The notes beneath the pieces were generated by a model that had not been told where the DNA came from, made no database searches, and saw only the letters and a program-made list of their open reading frames with translations. A program made the position numbers and the translations under genes. From Gammaproteobacteria bacterium (lineage in GTDB: Bacteria > Pseudomonadota > Gammaproteobacteria > Tethybacterales > Persebacteraceae), in assembly GCA_965221835.1 (NCBI GenBank), contig OZ244916.1, forward strand, positions 654,477 through 718,476: a DNA stretch of 64,000 nucleotides. The letters run 5' to 3'. This document shows positions 37,335 to 46,695 of this stretch, piece by piece. Each line of letters starts with the position of its first letter. Within the stretch, counting starts at the first letter, position 1.

Positions 37335-40300
37335 TCAGGCGACTCTGACGGATTCCATTTCCATCATCGCGCGGCGATATTCGTGCGGCAGTACTTTGAC
37401 GAATTTCATCCGGCAGGAATTCCAATCCGCCAGCACCGCCCGCGCCTTGGGACTGCCGGTATGCAAAATATGTTTTTCCAGCATATCGCGAACGATTTCC
37501 ACATCCGGACGACCGAGATGTTGCCCCGGACCGGGCGCGGCAGTCAGCGGTTCCAATGAAACCATATCCATATTGCACATCCGCGCAAAACGCGCGTGTT
37601 CGTCAAAAATATATGCCACGCCGCCGCTCATGCCCGCCGCAAAGTTGCGCCCGACATCGCCCAATACCAGCACCGTGCCGCCGGTCATATATTCGCAACA
37701 ATGATCGCCCGCATGTTCTACCACCGCATGCGCGCCCGAATTGCGCACCGCAAAACGCACACCCGCCGCACCGCGACAATAGCATTCGCCGCAAATCGCC
37801 CCGTATAACGCCGTGTTGCCGACAATCGCATTGTCGCCGTCCGCACCGCGCGAAGACGGCGGCGGAAATATCGCCAAAACGCCGCCCGACAATCCTTTGC
37901 CGACATAATCGTTCGCCTCGCCGCACAAACAAATCGTCATTCCGCGCGCGGCGAATGCACCAAAACTTTGTCCGGCAACTCCGCGTAAATTAATGTGAAT
38001 GGTATCCGGCGGCAATCCGGCATGTCCGCGGCGGGCGGCGATGGCGTTTGCAATCATCGCGCCCGCCGTGCGGTCGGTGTTTTTAATTTCGTCATTTATG
38101 ATAACTTTTTCGCCGTGCATAACCGCCCGTTCGCAACGCGCAAGCCATTTTTGATCAATCGCATTTTGCAATGCGTGTTCTTGTTTTTGGATATTGCGGC
38201 GCGCATATTCCGGCGGTGCTTGCGGCAACGCCAACACCGGCGACAAATCCACCGCCGCGCTTTTCCAATGTCCGCCCCGCCGCCGCCGCAACAAATCGGC
38301 GCGCCCGACAATATCGTTTAGTTTGCGAAATCCCATTTCCGCTAACAATCGCCGTACTTCTTCGGCAACAAAGAAAAAATAGTTGACGACATGTTCGGGT
38401 TTGCCCGCAAACTTCGCGCGCAATCTTTTGTCTTGAGTCGCGATGCCGACCGGGCAAGTATTGAGATGACACTTGCGCATCATAATGCATCCTTCGGCGA
38501 CAAGCGGCGCGGTGGCGAATCCGAATTCGTCCGCGCCCAATAACGCACCGATAACGACATCGCGTCCGGTTTTAATTTGCCCGTCTACTTGCAAACAAAC
38601 GCGCCCGCGCAAATCGTTTAATACGAGCGTTTGATGCGTTTCGGATAATCCCAACTCCCACGGCGTACCGGCGTGTTTGATGGACGACAGCGGACTCGCA
38701 CCGGTGCCGCCATCGTGTCCGGCGATGGTGATATGATCGGATTTTGCCTTTGCAACGCCCGCCGCAACGGTGCCGACTCCGCAACGGGAAACGAGTTTTA
38801 CGCTTACCTGCCCGCGCGGATTTGCACATTTCAAATCGTAAATCAGTTGCGCAATATCTTCTATGGAATAAATATCGTGATGCGGCGGCGGCGAAATCAA
38901 TCCGACTCCCGGCACCGAATGTCGAACGCCCGCAATCGCGTCGTCTACTTTGTGTCCGGGCAGTTGTCCGCCTTCGCCCGGTTTTGCGCCTTGCGCGATT
39001 TTAATTTGCATCATATCGGCGTTGGCGAGATATTCAGCGGTTACGCCGAATCGTCCGGACGCTACTTGTTTGATGGCGGAACGCATAGAATCGCCGGACG
39101 GCAGCGGGACAAAACGCGCCGCCTCTTCGCCGCCTTCGCCCGTGTTGGATTTGCCGCCGATGCGATTCATCGCAATCGCCAATGTGGTGTGCGCCTCGCG
39201 CGAAATGGAACCGAACGACATCGCGCCGGTGGAAAAACGCCGCACAATTTCCGCCGCCGATTCCACTTCTTCCAAAGCGACGGGTTGTTTTGCATCGACA
39301 ATTTCCAGCATACCGCGCAATGTCATTCGCTTTTCGTTTTGGATATTTATGTTGTCGGCGTATTCGCGATATTTTTCGTCACCGCCGCCGCGCACAGCGT
39401 GTTGCAATGCTGCAACAGTTTGCGGCGTCCACAAATGCGATTCGCCGCGAATGCGATAGGCGTAATCGCCGCCCGCATCCAAAGAATCGTCGCCGGAAAT
39501 AGATTCCGCACCGTACGCCGATTCGTGCAAGCGAAATGTTTCGCGCGCAACTTCCGCCGCCCCCACGCCGTCAATTTGCGAAACCGTGCCGCAAAAATAC
39601 TCGTCTACAAAATCGCGCGCGAGTCCGACTGCTTCAAAAATTTGCGCGCCGCAGTACGATTGATAAGTCGACACGCCCATTTTTGACATTGTTTTAAGAA
39701 GCCCTTTTCCCGCCGCGCGACGGTATCTTTGAATCCGTTGACGCGGCGACATTGCAGACGATTTGCGCACCGGAATCGCCGCCGCCAAATCATAAGCAAG
39801 CCACGGATAAATCGCTTCCGCACCATAACCCGCCAATACCGCAAAATCATGCACTTCGCGCGCCGCGCCGGTTTCGGCGACAATTCCCGCACGAAGTCGC
39901 GCACCATTAGCGACAAGATGATGATGCACCGCCGCCGCCGCCAAATAAACCGGCACGGCAATTCGGTCTTCGCCCGCCGCACGGTCGGACAAAATTAAAA
40001 TGTCGCATCCGTCTTCGCACACCGCCCGCAAAGCGGCATCGCGCAAATCGCGTACCGCCTTTTCCATTCCCGCCTCGCCCGCCGCCACCGCCCATGTAAA
40101 ATCCAACACCCGCGTACCAGAATGCGCGCGCAACTTCGCAAACTCTTCGGGCAACAATATCGGCGATTCCAGCGCGATACACGAAGTTTCCGGCGCATCC
40201 AGCGGACGAAATAAATCGGGACGTCCGCCGAGAAATGATTTCAGCGACATCACAACTTCTTCGCGAATCGGATCAATCGGCGGATTGGTCACCTGCGCAA

Positions 40301-41870
40301 ATTCTTGCCGAAAATATGCCGAAAGCGGTTTCATTCGTTCGGACAATACCGCCGTCGGCGCATCATCGCCCATCGCACCGATTGGTTCGGCGGCGTCTTC
40401 TACCATCGGGCGAAGAATAAATTTAATATCCTCTTCGGTATAACCAAAACTTTTTTGCAATCGCCGTTCGTCGTTTTCGGACAATGCGATTTTTTCCGCC
40501 GCCGCTGCCGGCAACTCGGCAATCGGCGTTTGCGACCGCCGCCGCCATTCGTCATAATCGCGTTGCAAAATCAATTCTTTTTTGATTTCGGAATCGTATA
40601 CCACCCCGCCTTTTTGCATATCTACAAGCAACATTTTGCCGGGTTCAATAAACCATTTGCCGGTAATTTCCGAATCGGGAATATCCAACGCACCGGCTTC
40701 AGACGCCATTACAATTCGCTCGTCTTTGGTTAAACAATATCTGCCGGGACGCAAACCGTTGCGATCCAACACGGCGGCAATTTGTACGCCATCCGAAAAA
40801 ACCACCTCGGCGGGACCGTCCCACGGTTCCATCATCGGCGCATGATATGCATAAAACGCGCGCCGTGCAGGATCCATCAGACGATCTTGCTGCCACGCTT
40901 CGGGAATGAGTACCGACAACGCATGCGCCGGCGAATAACCGGACAATCGCAACAACTCCACGGCGTTATCCAAAGATGCAGTGTCAGATTGATTTTCGTC
41001 CGCCAGCGGCGCAAGTTTGGCAGAATCGCCGCCCCAAATTGTAGACGGCGAAATATCGCCACGCGCGCGCATATTGTTAACATTGCCGCGCAAAGTATTG
41101 ATTTCGCCGTTGTGTGCGATGTAGCGATACGGATGCGCAAGCCGCCACGCCGGAAAAGTATTGGTGGAAAATCGCTGATGCACAAGTGCCAACGCCGAAG
41201 CAAAAAGCGGATTGGTTAAATCGGGATAATACGCCGCCAACTGCGCCGCCAAAAACATTCCCTTATACACCACCGTGCGCGAAGACAGCGAACAACAATA
41301 AAATCCCGCCGCATCATTTTCGGCAACAACAGCGCGTTCCATACATTTTCGTGCGACAAACAAACGCCGCTCAAACGCATCGCCGGCGGCGGTATCATTG
41401 CGCCCGACAAAAACTTGCCACACCGCCGGTTCGCTCGCCGCAACTTCGTCATTAATCGCCGCACGATTTGTCGGCACCCGCCGCCAGCCCAAAACAGGCA
41501 GATTTTCGCCGCGCAAAACTTCTTCAATTTTGGCAACTGCCGCCGCGCGTATTTTTTCGTCTTGCGGCATAAACATCATCCCGCAAGCATATTCGCCCGC
41601 CGGCGGCAATGCAAATTCGGTTTCGGCACGCAACAAAACATCCGGCATTTGCGCCAGCAATCCCGCCCCGTCGCCCGTTGTCGGATTTGCACCGGTCGCA
41701 CCGCGGTGTGTCAGATTGACGAGAATTTGCAACCCTTGCCGCACAATATCGTGTGCCGCCCGCCCCCGAATATCCGCAACAAAACCGACGCCGCAACTGT
41801 CATGCTCATAACGCGGATCATACAAACCATGCTTTGGCGGCTGCAAATGCCGATTAATTCGTTCTTTCAT
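37335..41870 (-). CDS. gltB: Glutamate synthase large (alpha) subunit. The start is probably the ATG at 41870. The listed ORF extends to 41966.
   Basis: The translation has an N-terminal amidotransferase domain with EHDSCGVGFV, FMN-binding and GXGXG domains, and a C-terminal GAGGRH-like region. It is about 1510 aa. Confidence 0.9.
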   Translation of the reverse strand: MKERINRHLQPPKHGLYDPRYEHDSCGVGFVADIRGRAAHDIVRQGLQILVNLTHRGATGANPTTGDGAGLLAQMPDVLLRAETEFALPPAGEYACGMMFMPQDEKIRAAAVAKIEEVLRGENLPVLGWRRVPTNRAAINDEVAASEPAVWQVFVGRNDTAAGDAFERRLFVARKCMERAVVAENDAAGFYCCSLSSRTVVYKGMFLAAQLAAYYPDLTNPLFASALALVHQRFSTNTFPAWRLAHPYRYIAHNGEINTLRGNVNNMRARGDISPSTIWGGDSAKLAPLADENQSDTASLDNAVELLRLSGYSPAHALSVLIPEAWQQDRLMDPARRAFYAYHAPMMEPWDGPAEVVFSDGVQIAAVLDRNGLRPGRYCLTKDERIVMASEAGALDIPDSEITGKWFIEPGKMLLVDMQKGGVVYDSEIKKELILQRDYDEWRRRSQTPIAELPAAAAEKIALSENDERRLQKSFGYTEEDIKFILRPMVEDAAEPIGAMGDDAPTAVLSERMKPLSAYFRQEFAQVTNPPIDPIREEVVMSLKSFLGGRPDLFRPLDAPETSCIALESPILLPEEFAKLRAHSGTRVLDFTWAVAAGEAGMEKAVRDLRDAALRAVCEDGCDILILSDRAAGEDRIAVPVYLAAAAVHHHLVANGARLRAGIVAETGAAREVHDFAVLAGYGAEAIYPWLAYDLAAAIPVRKSSAMSPRQRIQRYRRAAGKGLLKTMSKMGVSTYQSYCGAQIFEAVGLARDFVDEYFCGTVSQIDGVGAAEVARETFRLHESAYGAESISGDDSLDAGGDYAYRIRGESHLWTPQTVAALQHAVRGGGDEKYREYADNINIQNEKRMTLRGMLEIVDAKQPVALEEVESAAEIVRRFSTGAMSFGSISREAHTTLAIAMNRIGGKSNTGEGGEEAARFVPLPSGDSMRSAIKQVASGRFGVTAEYLANADMMQIKIAQGAKPGEGGQLPGHKVDDAIAGVRHSVPGVGLISPPPHHDIYSIEDIAQLIYDLKCANPRGQVSVKLVSRCGVGTVAAGVAKAKSDHITIAGHDGGTGASPLSSIKHAGTPWELGLSETHQTLVLNDLRGRVCLQVDGQIKTGRDVVIGALLGADEFGFATAPLVAEGCIMMRKCHLNTCPVGIATQDKRLRAKFAGKPEHVVNYFFFVAEEVRRLLAEMGFRKLNDIVGRADLLRRRRGGHWKSAAVDLSPVLALPQAPPEYARRNIQKQEHALQNAIDQKWLARCERAVMHGEKVIINDEIKNTDRTAGAMIANAIAARRGHAGLPPDTIHINLRGVAGQSFGAFAARGMTICLCGEANDYVGKGLSGGVLAIFPPPSSRGADGDNAIVGNTALYGAICGECYCRGAAGVRFAVRNSGAHAVVEHAGDHCCEYMTGGTVLVLGDVGRNFAAGMSGGVAYIFDEHARFARMCNMDMVSLEPLTAAPGPGQHLGRPDVEIVRDMLEKHILHTGSPKARAVLADWNSCRMKFVKVLPHEYRRAMMEMESVRVA

Positions 41871-41967
41871 AGCCGCAAATTTTACCACAACGCCGCAAAC
41901 CACTATACAAATCTCTCCATTTCCGCAAAACGACCGGGAAATAAAATTTACCATTCCGGCGTTCATG

Positions 41968-42118
41968 ACTCGCCCCCGACATTTGTCGGGGGCGAAACGA
42001 GTTCGGCGGAGTTTACTCCGCCCCGCATTTCTATCGTTCGCGGAAAATTCCGGGTTTTGCAGCAGTAAACTGCTGCGGCTTGTTTCGCCCCCGACAAATG
42101 TCAGGGGCGAGAAATTAA
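41968..42118. mobile_element. MITE-like element of about 150 bp with about 30-bp terminal inverted repeats (GACTCGCCCCCGACATTTGTCGGGGGCGAAAC / GTTTCGCCCCCGACAAATGTCAGGGGCGAG).
   Basis: Near-perfect terminal inverted repeats are present. A partial copy lies at 27840-27950. The element sits between two gene ends. Confidence 0.6.
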
Positions 42119-42121
42119 GAA

Positions 42122-43555
42122 TCAGAAACGATGAATCGCGTTTATTTGGAATCTGGCGTTTTCGGTGAAATCTTTTGCGTTTTCCCAGCGGAATCCGGCG
42201 GAGGGGAGAATCGTCCAGCCGTCATAACGGAAATTGCCTTGCAGATTTAACTCGTTGCGAGTTTCCGTTTCGCCTTTGTCATATTCGGAGTGCAGGCGAT
42301 AGACGGGGGAAAACATCATTAAACTCCCGTCTATATCCGCCGACAGCATAAATGAGGAGTTAGCCGTCTCGCCTGCAACGGATTCGGAAAATGCCGCTGT
42401 AAATAAATCGCCGTTATATTTTCCGCCCGATGTGTAGCGGAAATCACCGAAATCGCCGTTTGCGTTTGTTTGTTTTGCGGTGTAATACAAATGCCAATTG
42501 TCTTTGCGGAAATCCGCCCGTCCGCCGACATTTGCGTAATAGCCGCTTTCGGTTATGGAATAGCCGAAATCGGGCGACATATTAAAAGACGGAACGCCGC
42601 CTGCCAAAAATACCGCTATCACTCCGACAGCCAAAAGTCCGGTAGCGGTATTGATAGATTTTACCCTTCTCTCCTTATTATCCGCCCGATTTTGCGGTGT
42701 TTGCGTTGTCGGATTTTGCGTTTCCGGCGGATTAGTTCCCGTTTCCGTGTTGCCGTCTTGCGGATTTTCCGTTTCCGTGTTGTCGTCTTGCGGATTTGTT
42801 TGACAAATTCCGGCGTCGTCTCTTGTTTCAGTATCCAAACATGCGTCTACGCAAACGCCGTTAACAAAATCGGGAGTCGCCCCCGGGCAATCGGCGGCGG
42901 ATTCAATTGCACGGCAAGAAAGTCCGCCTGTTTCCAAAATCGGCAATTCATCGGTTGCACATTCGCATGCATCGCCCGCCTCGTTTAAGTTTGCAGTCGT
43001 GCCATCGCAAAAATCGGTTTCAATTATCGTATCGCAAGTTGTCGTTCTTCCCGCATCCGCCGCCGTGAAAGTAAACACATCGGTCAGCGGGATAGCATTT
43101 TCGGTTATATCCCGTGCAACGACAAGACAATCGCAGTTTGCGGGATCTGCACACTGATTCATTGCATGTGTGTGTGCCTCTGCTGCGGTGTCGCCTAGTC
43201 CCTCAATAGTTGCTACATCTCCTAAATTGGGTATGGATAAATCTGCATAAACGGCAAAATATTCCTCACCATTAACATTTCTTGCTACTGCTGAACAAGT
43301 ACTAGCAGTATCAGGATGAGATTGACATGTTAAAGCTGAATGAGCTACTGCAAGACGTTCCGTTTCTCCCATAACCTCCTCTGCAGGATAGCCGACAGCA
43401 ACACCGATAATAAGTATTGTTGGGTCTGGGCTGCCCGGACTAAAATCAGTATCAAATCCGGCAGTAGCAGCCCCTTCTGCATTTGCGGAAATGTTAGACA
43501 ATCCCGCCGCAAAAAAGACGGCGGCGATGATGATTTTATTGATTGTGTTTTTCAT
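42122..43555 (-). CDS. Hypothetical secreted or surface protein. It has a signal peptide, a Cys/Asp/Thr-rich central region, and a C-terminal region rich in aromatic/Gly beta-strands that ends in RF, which is outer-membrane-barrel-like.
   Basis: The start is at MKNTINKIIIAAVFFAAGLSNISANA with a strong RBS (gaggag). The C-terminus, ...FRWENAKDFTENARFQINAIHRF, has a terminal Phe. The listed 632-aa ORF over-extends into the upstream repeat array. Confidence 0.6.
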   Translation of the reverse strand: MKNTINKIIIAAVFFAAGLSNISANAEGAATAGFDTDFSPGSPDPTILIIGVAVGYPAEEVMGETERLAVAHSALTCQSHPDTASTCSAVARNVNGEEYFAVYADLSIPNLGDVATIEGLGDTAAEAHTHAMNQCADPANCDCLVVARDITENAIPLTDVFTFTAADAGRTTTCDTIIETDFCDGTTANLNEAGDACECATDELPILETGGLSCRAIESAADCPGATPDFVNGVCVDACLDTETRDDAGICQTNPQDDNTETENPQDGNTETGTNPPETQNPTTQTPQNRADNKERRVKSINTATGLLAVGVIAVFLAGGVPSFNMSPDFGYSITESGYYANVGGRADFRKDNWHLYYTAKQTNANGDFGDFRYTSGGKYNGDLFTAAFSESVAGETANSSFMLSADIDGSLMMFSPVYRLHSEYDKGETETRNELNLQGNFRYDGWTILPSAGFRWENAKDFTENARFQINAIHRF

Positions 43556-43684
43556 GGTTTTGCTCCTCTGATTAAAAATGTCTGCGAAAGTATAACACAT
43601 TCCGCCCGAATCAACAAAAAAACGGGCGGGTTCGGCAAGAAATGCGTAAATTGCTGATTTCCCGCCTTTTTTCTGCATTTCCGT

Positions 43685-43936
43685 GCGTTCGGAAATGTTT
43701 TCAGAGCGTTCCAAAATGTTTTCAGAGCGTTCGGAAATGTTTTCAGAGCATTCCGAAAAGTTTTCAGAGCGTTCGGAAATGTTTTCAGAGCATTCCGAAA
43801 TGTTTTCAGAGCATTCCGAAATGTTTTCAGAGCGTTCGGAAAAGTTTTCAGAGCGTTCGGAAATGTTTTCGGAGCGTTCGGAAATGTTTTCAGAGCATTC
43901 GGAAATGTTTTCAGAGCGTTCGGAAAAGTTTTCCGA
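43685..43936. repeat. Twelve tandem copies of a 21-bp unit (GCGTTCGGAAATGTTTTCAGA and variants), 130-380 bp upstream of the 42122-43555 gene.
   Basis: The units are head-to-tail with an exact 21-bp period and minor variants (gcattccgaaat, gcgttccaaaat). The ORFs 43642-44052 and 43683-43967 are translation artefacts of this array. Confidence 0.9.
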
Positions 43937-44035
43937 GACCTCGCAAAACATTTGCGGGGTTTTGTGAACGCCCTTTTTTGCCGAAAATTTTCGGCTGTGG
44001 TACAATTGGCATTCGCACATTTGGAATTGAAATTA

Positions 44036-45307
44036 ATGAACGAAACTTTTAATCAGACCGCCGCCCCGTCCGTTTCGGGGGGCGATATTGCCCGTGCCGC
44101 CCGCACCGCCGCACCCGTTATGTCGCGATTGCCGAGTGCAGTCAAAAACGCGGTATTGCAATTTTTTGTTGAAGAATTGCGCGATCAATCCGCGCGCATT
44201 ATTGCCGAAAATCGGCGCGATATGGAAGCCGGTGCCGGTTTGCCGGAGTCGCTAAAAGACCGCCTGCTTTTGGACGAAAAACGTCTGAATGCGATGGCGG
44301 CGGGAATCGGCGAAGTTATCGCCTTGCCCGACCCGATAGGCGAAATCGCAAACGCCATCGTCCGCCCTTCCGGAATTCGTGTCGGACAAATGCGCGTGCC
44401 GCTCGGCGTGATTTTGGCGATTTACGAATCGCGTCCGAATGTCACCGCAGACATCGCCGCCTTGGCATTAAAATCGGGCAACGCCGTTATTTTGCGCGGC
44501 GGCAGCGAAGCGAAATATAGCAACACCGCCATCGGCGATTGTCTCAACGCCGCGTTGCAAAAAGCCGAATTGCCGCCCGCCGCCGCACAAGTTGTCGCCG
44601 ATCCGTCCCGCAGTTTGGTGGATGAATTGTTGGCATGCGGCGACGATATTGATCTCGCCATTCCGCGCGGCGGACGCGGTCTGATAGAACGCGTTGCAAA
44701 AATCGCGCGGATGCCGGTGTTGAAACATTTGGACGGCAACTGCCATGTGTATGTGGACGCCGCCGCCGATTTAACAATGGCGGAAAAAATTGTAGAAAAC
44801 GCAAAAACCAGACGCTATGGCGTATGTTGTGCCGCCGAAAGTTTGCTGGTGCATCGCGATATTGCCGCCGTTTTTTTGCCGTCTATCGCATCTGTTTTTG
44901 CCAAACACGGCGTGGAAATTCGCGGCTGTCCGGCGACTCGCAAAATCATAAAATGCAAAACGGCGACGGCAGACGATTGGCGCAGCGAATATCTCGCGCC
45001 GATTATCAGCGTCAAAATCGTGCCGGATGCGGACGCCGCAATCGCGCACATAAACGAATTCGGTTCCGGGCATACCGATGCGATTGTGTCGGACAGCGTC
45101 AAAATCGGCGAACGATTTTTGCGCGAAGTGGATTCGTCTTCCGTGATTCTAAACGCGTCCACCGCATTTGCGGACGGCGGCGAATACGGTCTCGGCGCGG
45201 AAGTCGGAATTTCCACCGGCAAATTGCACGCCCGCGGTCCCGTCGGGCTTTGCGGTCTTACATGCCAAAAATATGTCGTCATCGGCGACGGCGCATTGCG
45301 CGCCTGA
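44036..45307 (+). CDS. proA: Gamma-glutamyl phosphate reductase.
   Basis: The translation begins MNETFNQ and contains aldehyde dehydrogenase-family motifs. It is 423 aa. Confidence 0.85.
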   Translation: MNETFNQTAAPSVSGGDIARAARTAAPVMSRLPSAVKNAVLQFFVEELRDQSARIIAENRRDMEAGAGLPESLKDRLLLDEKRLNAMAAGIGEVIALPDPIGEIANAIVRPSGIRVGQMRVPLGVILAIYESRPNVTADIAALALKSGNAVILRGGSEAKYSNTAIGDCLNAALQKAELPPAAAQVVADPSRSLVDELLACGDDIDLAIPRGGRGLIERVAKIARMPVLKHLDGNCHVYVDAAADLTMAEKIVENAKTRRYGVCCAAESLLVHRDIAAVFLPSIASVFAKHGVEIRGCPATRKIIKCKTATADDWRSEYLAPIISVKIVPDADAAIAHINEFGSGHTDAIVSDSVKIGERFLREVDSSSVILNASTAFADGGEYGLGAEVGISTGKLHARGPVGLCGLTCQKYVVIGDGALRA

Positions 45308-45322
45308 TATTAATTTTTTGCG

Positions 45323-46687
45323 ATGGAAGTTTTAATTCTCGGTTGCGGAAAAGTCGGCGGTGAAATCGCCCGGGCGCTCATCCAAAACGGATGTCGTGTC
45401 ACCGTCGTCGACAACGACACCCGCCAACTTTTGGAATTGCAATCTATGTACGATTTGCGCACCGTCACCGGCAACGCCGCCGATCCTACCGTATTGCGGC
45501 GGGCGGGCGGCGAAAATGCCGAAATCGTCATCGCCGTCACCGCCATAGACGAAGTCAATCTTGTCGCCTGCCGCATCTGTTCGGTCATATTTAAGACGCC
45601 CAAAAAAATCGCCCGTTTGCGAAACGATGCGCTCAACACGCCCGAAATTTCCTCACCCGAAGGATTTGACATTACCCGCATTTTTTCGCCGGAACAAATT
45701 ATTGCGGACAGCATTTGCGATACGATTCAACATCCCGGATGTCTTACGGTACACCGTTTTTCCGACCATCGTGTCGCGCTGGCTTCGGTGCGCGTTCTGG
45801 CGGGCGGCGAAATGACCGGTGCCGCCATCGGCGACATTCGCCGCGCCTATCCCGAAATTGATTTTCGCGTTGTCGCCGTTTATCGCGACAACAAAATTCA
45901 CATGCCGAACGGTCTTACGCGTCTTTTTGTCGGCGATGAAATTTCAATTGTTATTGCCGAAAACGATTTGGATGCGTTGCTGCCGCTCATCGCCGGCAAA
46001 GGCGATTGCCGCAATGTAATGATCGCCGGCGGCGGCAACATCGGATTGCAAGTCGCCCGCAAAATTCAGAAAACCAGCCGATTAAAAATAATAGAAAGAT
46101 CGCAAGAACGATGCGCCCTGCTTTCCGAAGAGTTGCAAGAATCGCTCGTCTTAAAAGGTCTTGCATCAGACGAAAGAACGCTGCTTGAAGAAAATATTCA
46201 CGACACCGATGTTTATTGCGCGTTGACAAACGATGACGAAGAAAATATTTTATCGGCGATGCTCGCCAAACGGTTGGGCGCAAAACGCAGCATCGTGCTG
46301 GTCAATCGCAACGCCTATGCCGATATTCTCGGACGCATTTTAGACAATGTCGTATCACCCGCCGAGCTTTCCATCGGCGCGATTCTCGCACACATTCGCG
46401 TAGGCGACATCGGCGTCGTGCATTCGTTGCACCACGGCAAAGCGGAAGTGATAGAGGCGATTATTCACGGCGCACCCGAAAACTCGCCGATTGTGGGACG
46501 CGCGATTATTGATATTGAATGGCCCGAAAACGCGATGCCCGGCGCGGTCGTGCGCGATGGCAGAATGATTGTCGCACACGACCGGACATTACTTTTGGAC
46601 GGCGACCGGCTGATTGTTTTTGTCGCCGGCGGAAAAGCAATGCGACAAACCGAAAAGTTATTGCAAGTTTCCGTTGGTTATTTTTAG
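45323..46687 (+). CDS. trkA: Trk potassium uptake system NAD-binding protein.
   Basis: The translation begins MEVLILGCGKVGGEIARAL. Two RCK/TrkA-N domains are present. It is 454 aa. Confidence 0.9.
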   Translation: MEVLILGCGKVGGEIARALIQNGCRVTVVDNDTRQLLELQSMYDLRTVTGNAADPTVLRRAGGENAEIVIAVTAIDEVNLVACRICSVIFKTPKKIARLRNDALNTPEISSPEGFDITRIFSPEQIIADSICDTIQHPGCLTVHRFSDHRVALASVRVLAGGEMTGAAIGDIRRAYPEIDFRVVAVYRDNKIHMPNGLTRLFVGDEISIVIAENDLDALLPLIAGKGDCRNVMIAGGGNIGLQVARKIQKTSRLKIIERSQERCALLSEELQESLVLKGLASDERTLLEENIHDTDVYCALTNDDEENILSAMLAKRLGAKRSIVLVNRNAYADILGRILDNVVSPAELSIGAILAHIRVGDIGVVHSLHHGKAEVIEAIIHGAPENSPIVGRAIIDIEWPENAMPGAVVRDGRMIVAHDRTLLLDGDRLIVFVAGGKAMRQTEKLLQVSVGYF

Positions 46688-46695
46688 GCGCGGCG

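Noticed and set aside
37335-41966. Numerous 60-340 aa ORFs on both strands inside gltB, and similar ones inside lon, comEC, cas3 and mutL.
   Set aside because: They are nested in or antisense to long, well-supported genes in GC-rich DNA. They have no independent RBS or domain signal, so they are spurious.
43642-44052. ORFs composed of FQSVRKC and SERSEMF repeats, and the N-terminal 155 aa of the listed 632-aa ORF.
   Set aside because: They are read straight through the 21-bp tandem repeat array. The real gene start is the ATG at 43555, which has a strong gaggag RBS and a signal peptide.
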